A DNA stretch of 64,000 nucleotides, from assembly GCA_963816355.1 (NCBI GenBank), contig CAWFKH010000003.1, positions 1,472,001 through 1,536,000 of the forward strand, given 5' to 3'. The DNA comes from an uncultured Gemmatimonadales bacterium. GTDB taxonomy: Bacteria > Gemmatimonadota > Gemmatimonadetes > Longimicrobiales > RSA9. Below, in pieces: positions 35,922 to 48,720 of the stretch. How positions within the stretch are numbered: position 1 is the first letter of the stretch; each line of letters starts with the position of its first letter. The notes below the pieces were generated by a model. It was not told the DNA's origin. It made no database searches and saw only the letters and a program-made list of their open reading frames with translations. Both the position numbers and the translations under genes were made by a program.

Positions 35922-38491
35922 GGGGGCGCTCACGCACGGGAACGTGGCGCGTGCTCCGCCGCCTCCTGCCTCCGGAGTTCCGGGAGCGCTACGCGCAGGA
36001 GATTCTGATGGACCACGAAGCCCGCGGCAGCAGCCGGGCCGTGTTGGCTTGGGACGTACTCCTCACGGCGGTCGGTGCCCGCCTGGACGGTCGTCGCCGC
36101 GCGGTGGCGGAACGGCGGGGGATTGCCGGCGGTTCCTGGCTCGGGCGTGCGGGCGATGGTGGGATGCGAAACGTTGGTTATGCGTTTCGCAAGCTGCGGC
36201 GCGGGCCGGGCTTCGCGATTGCGGCGATACTGACGCTGGCACTCGGGATCGGTGCGAATACGGCCGCCTTCTCGGTGATGTACGGCATGTTGCTGCGGCC
36301 GCTGCCGTACCCGCACGGTGAGCGGCTGGCGTGGGTGGCGACGCAGGACATCACTCCGGAGAATCTGCAGGATTGGCGCGAGGCGCTATCCGGGTTCGAG
36401 CGCCTGGAGGCCTTCACGGTGTTGTCGCGGGAGACGCGCGGCCAGGAGGGGACGCGGACGGTTCGCGGCATGGCCGTCACGCGCTCGTTCCTGCAGCTGC
36501 TTGGGGCGCGCGTGGCGGAAGGCAGGCTCTTCACGCCGGAGGAGTCGAGCGGCGCGGGTGGCCACGCGGTGCTGCTGAGCGAGCGAGGGCGGGAGGCTGT
36601 GGGCGGCATCGCTGTGGGGCAGCAGATCCGACTGGGGGAGGACGGTTACACGGTAGTCGGGGTCCTGCCGCGGTCGTTCGAGGGACTCGGCTACGAGGCG
36701 GACTTCTGGGTTCCGGTCGCCGAGCTCGATGACGCGCACCTGAACGGCATCGGTCTGCTGCGTCCCGGCGTGGAGGTCGCGCTGGTGCGGGCGCAGGCGT
36801 CCGCGCTGCTGGCGCGGCTGCACCCGGAGCGGAAGGCGGCGCAGAACCGCGCCAACATCGACACGCTGCGCACGATCTTCAGTGGGGACGTTCGCGCACC
36901 GGTGCTGATCCTGTTCGCGGCGGCCACCCTGGTGCTGCTGATGGCGTGCATCAACGTGGCGAGTCTGTTGCTCGCACGCGCCGCCGGCCGCATCGGGGAG
37001 CTTGCCATGCGATCTGCGCTGGGCGCGACGCGCGGCACGCTGCTGGGACAGCTTCTGGTCGAAACCGGGGTGCTCGCCGCGCTGGGCGGGGCGGCGGGGC
37101 TCGGTCTGGCGTGGCTGCTCATCGAGCACACGCCGGGCGCGTCTCCGGCGCCCTATCTCGGGAAGTCGCTGGGCACGGTGCATGTCGGCATTGCACCCGC
37201 CATGTTCGCGCTCACCGTGACCCTTCTCACGAGCGTAGGTGCGGGCGCGGCGCCCGCGTTCACGGCGTTGCGACGGGCGCATCCCGCCTCCTCCGCGGGC
37301 GCTCGTGCCACCGGCACGCGCGGCGCCCAGGGCTGGACCGCCGGCTTCGTCACGCTCGAGGTGGCGCTGTCGTTCGTGCTGCTCGCGAGCACGCTGCTGC
37401 TGGTGCGCTCCTATGCCGCGCTGCGGCCCACGGATCCCGGCTTCGAGCCGCGGGACCGCGTCGCGGTGTCGCTCGGTCTACCGGCGCCCGAGCCGCGCTA
37501 CGTCCGGCAGGTCGAGGCCGCGGCGAGCGCGCTCGAGCGCTCCGTGCCTGGCGCGCGCGCCGCGGCGATCTCGTTCCTGCCGATGACGGGAATGGTGACG
37601 ACGGCCACCGTGCGGGCCGTGGACGGCGTTCCCCTCGAGGGCAACGGCGCGTCCATCCACGTTCAATCGGTCACGCCCGGATACTTCGACGTGGCCGGCA
37701 TGCGTCGGCTCGCGGGCCGCGACCTGGCGGAGGCGGACGGCGACGGCCCCGGCACGATCGTGATCAACCGCAGCGTTGCGGAGCGGCTGTGGCCCGGCAA
37801 GGCCGCAGCGACGGGACACCGCATTCTCGTCGAGCACCTCCACGATACGGAGGAATTGACCGTCGTGGGGGTGGTGGCGGACGTGCGCGGCCCCGGCCCG
37901 GCGCCGCCGCAATGGCTCGAGGCGTACGTGCCGATGGTGCGCGCGCCGATGCGCTCCGCCTACCTCATGGTACATCTGCCGCCCGGCGCGCGACTCTCGG
38001 AGCGCCGGGTCCAGCGGATCGTGGCGGAGATCGATCCACGGATTGCCGTGGATGAGGTCGTGAGGCTGGAAGACGTGGCGGCGAACGCGGTGTACCGGCC
38101 GCGCTACCAGATGCTGGCCATGAGTTCGTTCGGCGTCATCGCCCTGCTTCTCGCGGTCCTGGGCTGTTACGGCGTGCTGGCCAACTGGGTGAGCGGGCGT
38201 CGCCGCGAAATCGGCATCCGCCGCGCGCTGGGCGCCGCCCCGTCCGTCATCGTCGGCCTCGTCATGCGCCGCGGCGCCCTGCTGATCGGGACCGGCCTCG
38301 CCGCGGGCGCGTTGCTGACGCTTGCCGGCACGCGCATCCTGCGAAGCAGCCTCTACGGCGTCAGCCCCATGGACCCGCTCGCGCTCACGGCGGCGGCGGT
38401 CGTGCTGGTGGTGGTCACGGCAGCGGCCGTGTTCCTGCCTGCCCGTCGCGCCGCACGCGTCCCGCCGACGGAGTCATTGACGGAACAGTAG
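35918..38491 (+). CDS. ADOP-family duplicated ABC permease
   Basis: N-terminal PPEFRERY prefix, RRGPGFAIAAILTLALGIGANTA, ACINVASLL, REIGIRRALGA. Confidence 0.92.
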   Translation: MRGRSRTGTWRVLRRLLPPEFRERYAQEILMDHEARGSSRAVLAWDVLLTAVGARLDGRRRAVAERRGIAGGSWLGRAGDGGMRNVGYAFRKLRRGPGFAIAAILTLALGIGANTAAFSVMYGMLLRPLPYPHGERLAWVATQDITPENLQDWREALSGFERLEAFTVLSRETRGQEGTRTVRGMAVTRSFLQLLGARVAEGRLFTPEESSGAGGHAVLLSERGREAVGGIAVGQQIRLGEDGYTVVGVLPRSFEGLGYEADFWVPVAELDDAHLNGIGLLRPGVEVALVRAQASALLARLHPERKAAQNRANIDTLRTIFSGDVRAPVLILFAAATLVLLMACINVASLLLARAAGRIGELAMRSALGATRGTLLGQLLVETGVLAALGGAAGLGLAWLLIEHTPGASPAPYLGKSLGTVHVGIAPAMFALTVTLLTSVGAGAAPAFTALRRAHPASSAGARATGTRGAQGWTAGFVTLEVALSFVLLASTLLLVRSYAALRPTDPGFEPRDRVAVSLGLPAPEPRYVRQVEAAASALERSVPGARAAAISFLPMTGMVTTATVRAVDGVPLEGNGASIHVQSVTPGYFDVAGMRRLAGRDLAEADGDGPGTIVINRSVAERLWPGKAAATGHRILVEHLHDTEELTVVGVVADVRGPGPAPPQWLEAYVPMVRAPMRSAYLMVHLPPGARLSERRVQRIVAEIDPRIAVDEVVRLEDVAANAVYRPRYQMLAMSSFGVIALLLAVLGCYGVLANWVSGRRREIGIRRALGAAPSVIVGLVMRRGALLIGTGLAAGALLTLAGTRILRSSLYGVSPMDPLALTAAAVVLVVVTAAAVFLPARRAARVPPTESLTEQ

Positions 38492-38523
38492 CGGGATCGG
38501 GTGTTTGGCCGGACCTGTAAGCC

Positions 38524-38548
38524 GGCCCTTCCGCGCGCCGGAGGGGCC
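38524..38548. terminator. GC hairpin between convergent ADOP and tRNA genes
   Basis: GGCCCTTCC-N7-GGAGGGGCC. Confidence 0.45.
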
Positions 38549-38569
38549 GACCCGTTGTGCGGCTTCGAG

Positions 38570-38641
38570 TAGCAGGGGAGGGACTCGAACCCCCAACCGA
38601 CGGATTATGACTCCGCTGCTCTACCGTTGAGCTACCCTGCC
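38570..38641 (-). tRNA. tRNA-Met (CAT), probably elongator; CCA not encoded
   Basis: GGCAGGG TAGCTCAACGGTAGAGC A GCGGA GT-CAT-AA TCCGT ... GGTTCGAGTCC ... CCCTGCT A folds into a cloverleaf. Confidence 0.92.
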
Positions 38642-38659
38642 CCGTTCTGCGGCGTGCAA

Positions 38660-38688
38660 ATCCTAGCGGAAGGCCGGAGGGGGGTCAA
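38660..38688 (-). promoter_or_regulatory. sigma70 promoter of the tRNA gene
   Basis: TTGACC-N17-TAGGAT. Confidence 0.7.
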
Positions 38689-38717
38689 GCGATTCGAACG
38701 ACCCGGCGTCCTCGCTC

Positions 38718-39134
38718 TCAGCGGTGGTTCCGCAGCAGCAGCTCGTTGCCGGGCGGGTTGTCGAGGCTGACGAGGAGGAGGTCGCCGCCGGAGAAGGTCA
38801 TGCTCCACGTGATGCTCTCCCCGGAGATCGTCATCTCGAGGGTGCCGTTCTCCTCCCGATAGGTGCCGCTCATGACGAGGGGGTCGGTCGGCTCGCCGGG
38901 ATACGTGACGGTCCCGTCGACGGAGAAGGTGCGGTCGCCGCGGAAGACGGCGGTTCCGGTCATCGTGCCGGTGACGCCGGACTCGGTGAAGCGGACCAGG
39001 TCCCAGGTGCCGGCCAGCGTCCGTCCCGCGTCCGTCGGGCTGGAGCACGCGGCGAGTGCGATCACCGATGCGGCGGTCACGAGAACCCTCGCTCGAACGG
39101 CGAAGGCGAAGCGCGGAATTCGGGTGGCGGGCAT
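38718..39134 (-). CDS. Lipocalin-like domain lipoprotein
   Basis: Lipobox LAAC, LAGTWDL motif, all-beta pattern. Confidence 0.75.
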   Translation of the reverse strand: MPATRIPRFAFAVRARVLVTAASVIALAACSSPTDAGRTLAGTWDLVRFTESGVTGTMTGTAVFRGDRTFSVDGTVTYPGEPTDPLVMSGTYREENGTLEMTISGESITWSMTFSGGDLLLVSLDNPPGNELLLRNHR

Positions 39135-39286
39135 GGCGTCGGCTCCTGGTCGGCGGAGTGCGTGGAGCGTGCTCCACCACGATCGTGTGCCACGCACCAC
39201 TCCGCCGTCGGGAAAAACCGTCAATCCTGTAATCGCGCCCCGGCCACGCCGGCCGCGCCGGGGGTCACCGCGACGGCGTCGCGCGC

Positions 39287-39709
39287 CTACGCCTCGGCGC
39301 CCGGGACGCGCCCCCGCTCGAAGTGCAGGCCGGACTCGCGCAGAAGCGCCTGCCAGCGATCGCGCACCCACGAGTCGAGCTGGCGCCGCATCGCACGTTC
39401 GCGGTCGTCGCTGACGGCGGGCTCCTCCGGCGACTGCGGCGCGTCGACGGCGATGAAGGGGTCGCCGCGGTTGAAGCGGGCGCGCGCCACGCAGAGCACC
39501 TCGTCGCCGTACAGGTCCTCGCCGGCGAGACGGTCACGCCACGCCTCGGGTACGTCGTCGGCGCTGAAGTAGAAGCGGATCTCTTCGGGCTGCTCGTCGT
39601 CCCAATCGAAGCCGCCGTCGTCGGGGCCGAGCTCATCCGCGGTGCGCCCGAGGATCTCCCACTGCTCGGTGGTGACCGGCGTGCCGATGTCGAGATTGCG
39701 CTGCTCCAT
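39287..39709 (-). CDS. Hypothetical acidic protein
   Basis: SD AGGAGG plus ATG (MEQRNLDIG...); plausible composition. Confidence 0.65.
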   Translation of the reverse strand: MEQRNLDIGTPVTTEQWEILGRTADELGPDDGGFDWDDEQPEEIRFYFSADDVPEAWRDRLAGEDLYGDEVLCVARARFNRGDPFIAVDAPQSPEEPAVSDDRERAMRRQLDSWVRDRWQALLRESGLHFERGRVPGAEA

Positions 39710-39771
39710 CCGTTGCCTCCTGAGGGGTCGGAGCAGGGGGCTCGCAATCGCCATTCCAGCCGACCCGCGCG

Positions 39772-41505
39772 CTACTTCCCCGCCCCGCCCGCCTCGTAGA
39801 CGACGCGGCCGCCGACGATCGTGTAGAGCACCTTGGTGCCCGGGATGCTGTCGGGCGGCACCGCCATGATGTCGCGGTCCAGGACGACGATGTCGGCGAG
39901 CTTGCCGGCCGTGAGCGAGCCCTTCCGGCCCTCCTCGAACGCGGCGTAGGCGTTGGAGAGGGTGTAGGAGCGGAGCGCCTCGGCGCGGCTCATCACCTGC
40001 GCCGGGAAGAACTCGGATCCATCCTTCAGCTTGCGCGTGACGGAGCAGTAGAATCCGGGAATCGGGTTCGCGTCCTCGACCGGCGTGTCGGTGCCGTTGA
40101 GCACGACCGCGCCGGAGCGCAGCAGCGACTGCCAGACGTAGGCGCCCTCGCGCGCGCGCTGCTCGCCGAGGCGGCGCACGACGTAGGGCCCATCCGAGCA
40201 CGCGTGCAGCGCCTGCATCGAGGCGATCACGCCCATCTGGCCGAAGCGCGGGATGTCCTGCGGGCTGAGGTGCTGCGCGTGCTCAATGCGCCAGCGCAGG
40301 TCGCGCGCTTCGGGGTGCTCCTGGAAGACCTGTTGGAAGACGTCGAGCGTCTCGCGGTTGGCGCGGTCGCCGATCGCGTGCACGGCCACCTGCATGCTGT
40401 CCCGCAACGCGATCTCGGCCATCTTCCGGATCGTGTCCATGGGCGTGACGTTCAGGCCGGTGGCGCCGGGCAGGTCGCTGTACGGCTCGAGCATCCACGC
40501 GCTGTGCGTTCCCAGCGCGCCGTCGGACGTGACCTCCCCGATGGCGCGGACGGTGAGATGGCCGCCGCCGTAGCCGATGGTGCGGTAGTCGGCGAGGTGC
40601 TGGTCGAGCGAGGCGGGAGATTCGCCGTCGACGAGGACGTAGAGGCGCAGGGGAACGACGCCCTGATCGACCATCCGCTTCAGGAAGTCGATCGTAGCGA
40701 ACGTCTCGCCCTGGTCCTGGAAGCTGGTAATCCCCTTCGAGATCGCGTCCTGCGACGCCAGCTCGACCTGGCGCTTCAACTCCGCCTCCTGCTGCTCCGG
40801 CGTCCGGTTCTCCTGCATCGCGCGGCTCACCAGGCCGACGGCCCGATCGCGCAGCATGCCGATCGCGACGCCAGCCCGGTCGCGCACGATCTCGCCCCCC
40901 TCCGGGTCCGCGGTGCGCGGCCCGATCCCCGCCAGCTCGAGCGCCTTCGCGTTGGCGAAGGCCCCGTGGCCGCTGGCGTGCGTGAGCAGCACCGGATTGT
41001 CCGGCGAGACGCGGCTGAGCCCGGTGTTGTAGGGGAGCCCCTCGACGTTCGGCTGCGGCGCGTGGTCCCACTTCTCCTGGTGCCAGCCGCGGCCGAGGAT
41101 CCACTCGCCCGGCTTCGCCTTCTTCGCCGCGTCCGCGACCATCGCGACGATGTCGTCCCAGCTGCGCGCCTTCGTCAGGTCCAGCTCCATCAGCGAGCGG
41201 CCGAGTCCCATGAAGTGGCCGTGGCCTTCGATGAAGCCGGGGATCGCGAGCTGACCGCCGAGGTCGATGACCCGCGTCCCCGGCCCGACGTAGGGCGCGA
41301 TCTCCTCGTCGCTCCCGACCGCCACGATCGTGTCGCCCGCGACCGCGATCGCCTGCGCTTCCGGGTGCACCGAGTCGACCGTGACGACGTGGCCGTTGCG
41401 CAGCACCAGGTCCGCCTGCGGCGGCGCGGCCGCGCCGCAGCCGAGGACGCCCGAGACCAGCATCAACGCGCCCAGGACCGATCCGGTCGTCGTCGTGCTC
41501 CGCAT
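39772..41505 (-). CDS. YtcJ-like amidohydrolase (amidohydrolase_3), lipoprotein signal
   Basis: PGFIEGHGH, VHAIGDRAN, RIEHAQ, GTDTPVE, GKLADIVVLD. Confidence 0.9.
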   Translation of the reverse strand: MRSTTTTGSVLGALMLVSGVLGCGAAAPPQADLVLRNGHVVTVDSVHPEAQAIAVAGDTIVAVGSDEEIAPYVGPGTRVIDLGGQLAIPGFIEGHGHFMGLGRSLMELDLTKARSWDDIVAMVADAAKKAKPGEWILGRGWHQEKWDHAPQPNVEGLPYNTGLSRVSPDNPVLLTHASGHGAFANAKALELAGIGPRTADPEGGEIVRDRAGVAIGMLRDRAVGLVSRAMQENRTPEQQEAELKRQVELASQDAISKGITSFQDQGETFATIDFLKRMVDQGVVPLRLYVLVDGESPASLDQHLADYRTIGYGGGHLTVRAIGEVTSDGALGTHSAWMLEPYSDLPGATGLNVTPMDTIRKMAEIALRDSMQVAVHAIGDRANRETLDVFQQVFQEHPEARDLRWRIEHAQHLSPQDIPRFGQMGVIASMQALHACSDGPYVVRRLGEQRAREGAYVWQSLLRSGAVVLNGTDTPVEDANPIPGFYCSVTRKLKDGSEFFPAQVMSRAEALRSYTLSNAYAAFEEGRKGSLTAGKLADIVVLDRDIMAVPPDSIPGTKVLYTIVGGRVVYEAGGAGK

Positions 41506-41652
41506 CGCCGCTCGCTCCATCGCAGGGGATCTCGTGTGGGTTCGAAGTGCGGAGAAGGTGCCGCGGCCGGGGCGCGCCACGCAAGGGCCGCGCGACGCAC
41601 CGTTCAGCTCAGGAGAGCGGGGCCGTGAGCTCGGGAGAGTGGGGCCGCGACC

Positions 41653-42636
41653 TCAGGAGAACGAGCGGTACGCCTCCTCGACCAGCTCCAGATCGCGGCG
41701 CGCTCGCTCGAGCGTCATGCGCGGCGCCCGACCGCTCCGCAGCACGTCGACGAAATCGGCGAACATCGCGCGGTAGCCGGAGATGTCCCGGAAGCCCGGG
41801 AACGAGATTCGCCGCCGTCGCCCCCACACCGAGAGCGCGACGCCGTTCGACTCGAACGCGATCGTCCCCCGCGAGCCGTAGATGCGCGAGATGCGCAGGC
41901 CGCGAAGGGGCGAAGGTTGGTCCCAGGAGAAGTAGAGCGTGCCGACCGCTCCGCCTTCGTAGTGGAAGACGACGACGGCGCTGCGCTCGCCGCTGGCGCT
42001 CCGCTCGCCGCCGGCGCCGGGCCGCCACGCGTGCACCGCGGCGACGTCGAGCCCGAGGCCGTTCATGAAGCTGACCCAGTGGATGCCGCCCTCGAAGAGC
42101 GCGCCGCCGCCCGCGAGCTCCGGCTCGTCGCGCCAGTCGCCGGTCGTCTGGGACTTCATCGCGTTCACGTAGAGGACCCGTACGTCGCCGATGGCGCCCT
42201 CGGCGAGCAACTCGCGGAGGCGGCCGAGCAGCGGCTTGTAGAAGTAGTTCTCCGCGACGAGCACGCGGACGCCCGCCCGCGCCGCCGCGGCGCCGGCGCG
42301 GTCGAGGGCGGCGGTGTCGAGGAAGGCGGGCTTCTCGACGATCACGTGCTTCCCCGCCCCGACCGCCGCCAGCGTCGGCTCGAGGTGCAGCGCGGGCGGC
42401 GTGGCGACGAAGACGGCGTCGACGCGCGGATCGGATAGGGCGGCATCGAGGTCCGGAAAGGCGCCGGCGCCGCCGAAGCGCTCGCGGTACGCATCGGCGC
42501 GGCGGGGGTCGCGGCTGACGTAGAAGCGGTCGACGCCGTCGGAGCCGCGGAGGGTGCGGCTGTGCATGCGCGTGGCGGCGCCGCACCCGAGGAAGGCGAT
42601 GCCGAGCTTCGTCGCGTTGGTCTCGGGGCGTGTCAT
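41653..42636 (-). CDS. Gfo/Idh/MocA-family oxidoreductase
   Basis: FLGCG, ATPPALH, HVIVEKP, GGGALFEGGIH. Confidence 0.9.
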   Translation of the reverse strand: MTRPETNATKLGIAFLGCGAATRMHSRTLRGSDGVDRFYVSRDPRRADAYRERFGGAGAFPDLDAALSDPRVDAVFVATPPALHLEPTLAAVGAGKHVIVEKPAFLDTAALDRAGAAAARAGVRVLVAENYFYKPLLGRLRELLAEGAIGDVRVLYVNAMKSQTTGDWRDEPELAGGGALFEGGIHWVSFMNGLGLDVAAVHAWRPGAGGERSASGERSAVVVFHYEGGAVGTLYFSWDQPSPLRGLRISRIYGSRGTIAFESNGVALSVWGRRRRISFPGFRDISGYRAMFADFVDVLRSGRAPRMTLERARRDLELVEEAYRSFS

Positions 42637-44261
42637 CCCGACTCCCCGGCGAGGTGGTGGCCGATGCGCAGCGCGTTGGCCGCGATCGTGAGACTCGGGT
42701 TCAGCCCCGCGGAGCGGGGGAGGAAGCTGCCGTCGACGACGTACAGATTGTCCATGCCGCGGAATCGGCCGAAGCGATCGAGCGCCGAATAGCGCGGATC
42801 GTCGCCGGCGCGCACGGTTCCGCAGGCGTGCGAGAAGGTGTCGATCTCGTGGCGGTAGCAGAGGCGCGCACCCGCTGTGCGAAGGATACGCCGCGCCGCG
42901 CGCATCAGCACGCGGCGCGCGGCGAGGTCGCGGCGGGAGTACCGGTGGTGGATCGTCGCGCGCGGCAGGCCGAGACGGTCGCGGCCGCCCTCGAGCGCGA
43001 CGAAGTTCGACGCGCGCGGCTCGTCCTCGGCGATGGCGAGCAGGCCGGTGAGGTGGCGCAGCAGCCCCCCGACCGGGGCGCCGATCCAGGAGGGCAGCTT
43101 GCCGGCCGCGTAGGCGGGAGCGGGCGTAGACACCTGCTGGAGGTTGCCCAGCTTGCCGGCGGGCGCGCCGTCCTCGTCCGCGCCGAAATACAGATCGTTG
43201 ATCCCGATCTGCTTGTGGAACTCGTCGGCGCCCGGCAGCCGCGTGAAGAGGCCGTATACGCTGCCGTTGCAGTGGCGCATGAGGTAACGTCCGACCACGT
43301 GGCCGCCCGGATTGCGCGCCTGCAGTGCGGAGGCAAGGATCAGGTGCGGCGTCGCGAGCGCGCCGGCGGCGAGGACGACGAGCGGCGCACGGAAGAGGAG
43401 GCGCTCGCCGGTGGCGATGTCGACCGCTGCCACCGCCTCGACGCGCCCGCGCCGCGCGAGCAGCCGGGCCGCCGCCGTACGCGGCCGCAGGTCGAGACCG
43501 CGCTGAACGAGCGGCGCGAGCACGCCGACCGCCAGGTCGTTCTTGGATCGGATGGCGCAGGGGAAGCCGTCGCACGTGTCGCAACGGATGCAGTCGGGAC
43601 GCGACGCGACGCCGCCGAAGTTGATCGCGAGCGGCAGACGGAACGGCTGGTAGCCGAGCGCGCCCGCCGCGTCCGCGATCCGCTCCGCCACTCTCGCGAG
43701 CGGGGGCACGCGGTCCGGGTAGCCGCCGCTGCGGGGCGGCTCGAGCGGATCTTCGCCCGCCGCACCCGCGACGCCGATGATGCGCTCCGCCTCGGCGTAG
43801 TACGGCTCGAGCTCGGCGTAGTCGATCGGCCAGCGAGAGAGAGGCGGCGGCGCGATCGCGGAGTCTGCCTCGAAGTCCTCGGGGCGGAATCGGATGGAGA
43901 CGCCGCCATAGAACACGGAAGGTCCGCCCACGCAGTGGAACGTGCCGGCCGTCGTCGTTCGCCGCTTGCCGTTGCGGACGCGGTAGCCCGGCTCGCGCGT
44001 GAAGTGTCGCGTCTCGTCGCCGAGGCCGGCCGACCCCCAGTTCTCGGGCCCGCGCTCGACCCAGTCGCCGCGTTCGAGCAGGAGCACCCGCCGCCCCGTC
44101 CGCACCAGTGCGTGCGCCGCCATCGCGCCGCCGAAGCCGCTGCCGACGACGATCGCGTCCCATCCGGGCTGCGTGGGGGGGCGACCGGGGCGCTGCCGCG
44201 CTCGCCGTGGGGCGACGGAGCGCTCGCCCGCCCCCTCACGCGGGCTGTTCGCTCGGCGCAT
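42633..44261 (-). CDS. GMC-family FAD oxidoreductase
   Basis: IVVGSGFGG, LLERG, CIRCDTCDGFPC, HACGTVRAG, NPSLTIAANA; start uncertain. Confidence 0.9.
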   Translation of the reverse strand: MRRANSPREGAGERSVAPRRARQRPGRPPTQPGWDAIVVGSGFGGAMAAHALVRTGRRVLLLERGDWVERGPENWGSAGLGDETRHFTREPGYRVRNGKRRTTTAGTFHCVGGPSVFYGGVSIRFRPEDFEADSAIAPPPLSRWPIDYAELEPYYAEAERIIGVAGAAGEDPLEPPRSGGYPDRVPPLARVAERIADAAGALGYQPFRLPLAINFGGVASRPDCIRCDTCDGFPCAIRSKNDLAVGVLAPLVQRGLDLRPRTAAARLLARRGRVEAVAAVDIATGERLLFRAPLVVLAAGALATPHLILASALQARNPGGHVVGRYLMRHCNGSVYGLFTRLPGADEFHKQIGINDLYFGADEDGAPAGKLGNLQQVSTPAPAYAAGKLPSWIGAPVGGLLRHLTGLLAIAEDEPRASNFVALEGGRDRLGLPRATIHHRYSRRDLAARRVLMRAARRILRTAGARLCYRHEIDTFSHACGTVRAGDDPRYSALDRFGRFRGMDNLYVVDGSFLPRSAGLNPSLTIAANALRIGHHLAGESG

Positions 44262-45192
44262 CGCGGCGACTGAAGATGGAGGTGAAACGGTGGCCGCCCA
44301 CGACGAGGCCGGTGACCGCGACGAGCGGCACGACCTGCACGGCCTGGAGCACGATGCCGGACACCACCGCGCGCGCCGGATCGACCCCGAAAGGCAGCAG
44401 CGCGAGGGCGATCGAGCCCTGCATGACGCCGACGTTCGCGGGCGTGAAGCGGAAGAGCCACGCGACATTGGATACGACGACGGCGGTGAAGGCGCCGGCG
44501 AGCCCGACGTGGACGCCGGCCGCGAGGAAGACCAGGTGGTAGGCCGCCCACTGCAGCGTCCAGTGGCCGAGCGCCAGGCCCAGCGCGAGCGGGATCCGGC
44601 CGCCCTCGGACGGGATCCGCTTCATCAGGTCGACGGGGCGGCGGCAGAAGTCCGGGAGGCAGATGCCGTGGTTCACGCGGCTGAAGAAGATGTAGGCGCC
44701 GATGCCCGCGGCCAGCAGGATCGCGGCGCCCACGTGCACCTGCTCGGCGCGCCGCGGCAGGGGCAGCGCCACCGGCACGAGCACCACCATCCCGATGCCG
44801 GCGACGAGCTGCAGAAAGCGGCTCCATGCGATGCCCGCCGCGGCGATCCCCGCCGGCACGCCGTCCGCGTCGCCAATGTACTTCACGCGCGCCCCTTCGC
44901 CCGCCACCGCGAGAGAGAGCGTGGCGATGGCGGCGCCGAGCAGGCTCGCCTGGAGCGCCGTCCACCACCGGCTCGTCGCGGCGGGCTCGAGCAGCACGTG
45001 CCACTCCGCGGCGCGAAGCGCGGTCGATCCGATGTGCGCCGCGGCCGCCAGTGCCAGCAGCCACCAGTCCGCCTGGGCCAGGGCGGCGCCGGTCTGGGTC
45101 CAGGGGAAGTGCCACACCGCGTAGACGGCGTAGGCGGCGATCGCGACTCCGACGATGCGGATCGCCCAGCGGAAGAAGCTCGCTTTCGTCAT
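44236..45192 (-). CDS. Lysylphosphatidylglycerol synthase TM / flippase-like membrane protein (UPF0104-type)
   Basis: LRAAEW, AGEGAR, TPANVGV motifs; multiple TM helices. Confidence 0.8.
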   Translation of the reverse strand: MTKASFFRWAIRIVGVAIAAYAVYAVWHFPWTQTGAALAQADWWLLALAAAAHIGSTALRAAEWHVLLEPAATSRWWTALQASLLGAAIATLSLAVAGEGARVKYIGDADGVPAGIAAAGIAWSRFLQLVAGIGMVVLVPVALPLPRRAEQVHVGAAILLAAGIGAYIFFSRVNHGICLPDFCRRPVDLMKRIPSEGGRIPLALGLALGHWTLQWAAYHLVFLAAGVHVGLAGAFTAVVVSNVAWLFRFTPANVGVMQGSIALALLPFGVDPARAVVSGIVLQAVQVVPLVAVTGLVVGGHRFTSIFSRRDAPSEQPA

Positions 45193-45309
45193 GGCCGCTT
45201 TCCAGAGCAGGAAAGGGGCCAGAGCGGGAGGGTGTCTCGGTGGCAACGCCTACGCGGGCAACATCCTACGGGTGGTGCCCTCGCAGCTCGCTACGCGGCG
45301 CCGGCGCGC

Positions 45310-45602
45310 TCAGCGCGTGCTGTCGCGCGCGGTGTCGGCGAAGCGGTAGAGACGCTCGTCGCGGCCCACCATGCCGTATCGCTCGCGGGCGAGGCGCTCG
45401 AGCGAGGCGCGGTCGTGCTCGAGGGAGTCGAGCCGCGCACGAAGGAGCGCGTTCTCCTCCTTGACGGAGTCGAGCCGGCTCGCTTCCTGGCGGCGCTCGT
45501 GCTCGATGCGGTGGACGTCGAGCATGGAGTACTCGCCGCCGAAGAAGGCGTAGTAGAGGGCGGCGCCGGCGGCGACCGGCAGGAAGAGGCGGCGCAGGCG
45601 CA

Positions 45603-45603
<1 letters not shown>
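45310..45603 (-). CDS. ftsB: Septum formation initiator FtsB/DivIC
   Basis: N-terminal TM, coiled coil, ERLARERYGMV; follows eno. Confidence 0.88.

Positions 45604-48716
<3,113 letters not shown>

Positions 48717-48720
<4 letters not shown>

Noticed and set aside
27300..38641. Possible genomic island integrated at the tRNA-Met 3' end
   Set aside because: No integrase or transposase, and I could not find a duplicated tRNA 3' end (att site); the content is typical lineage paralogue families.
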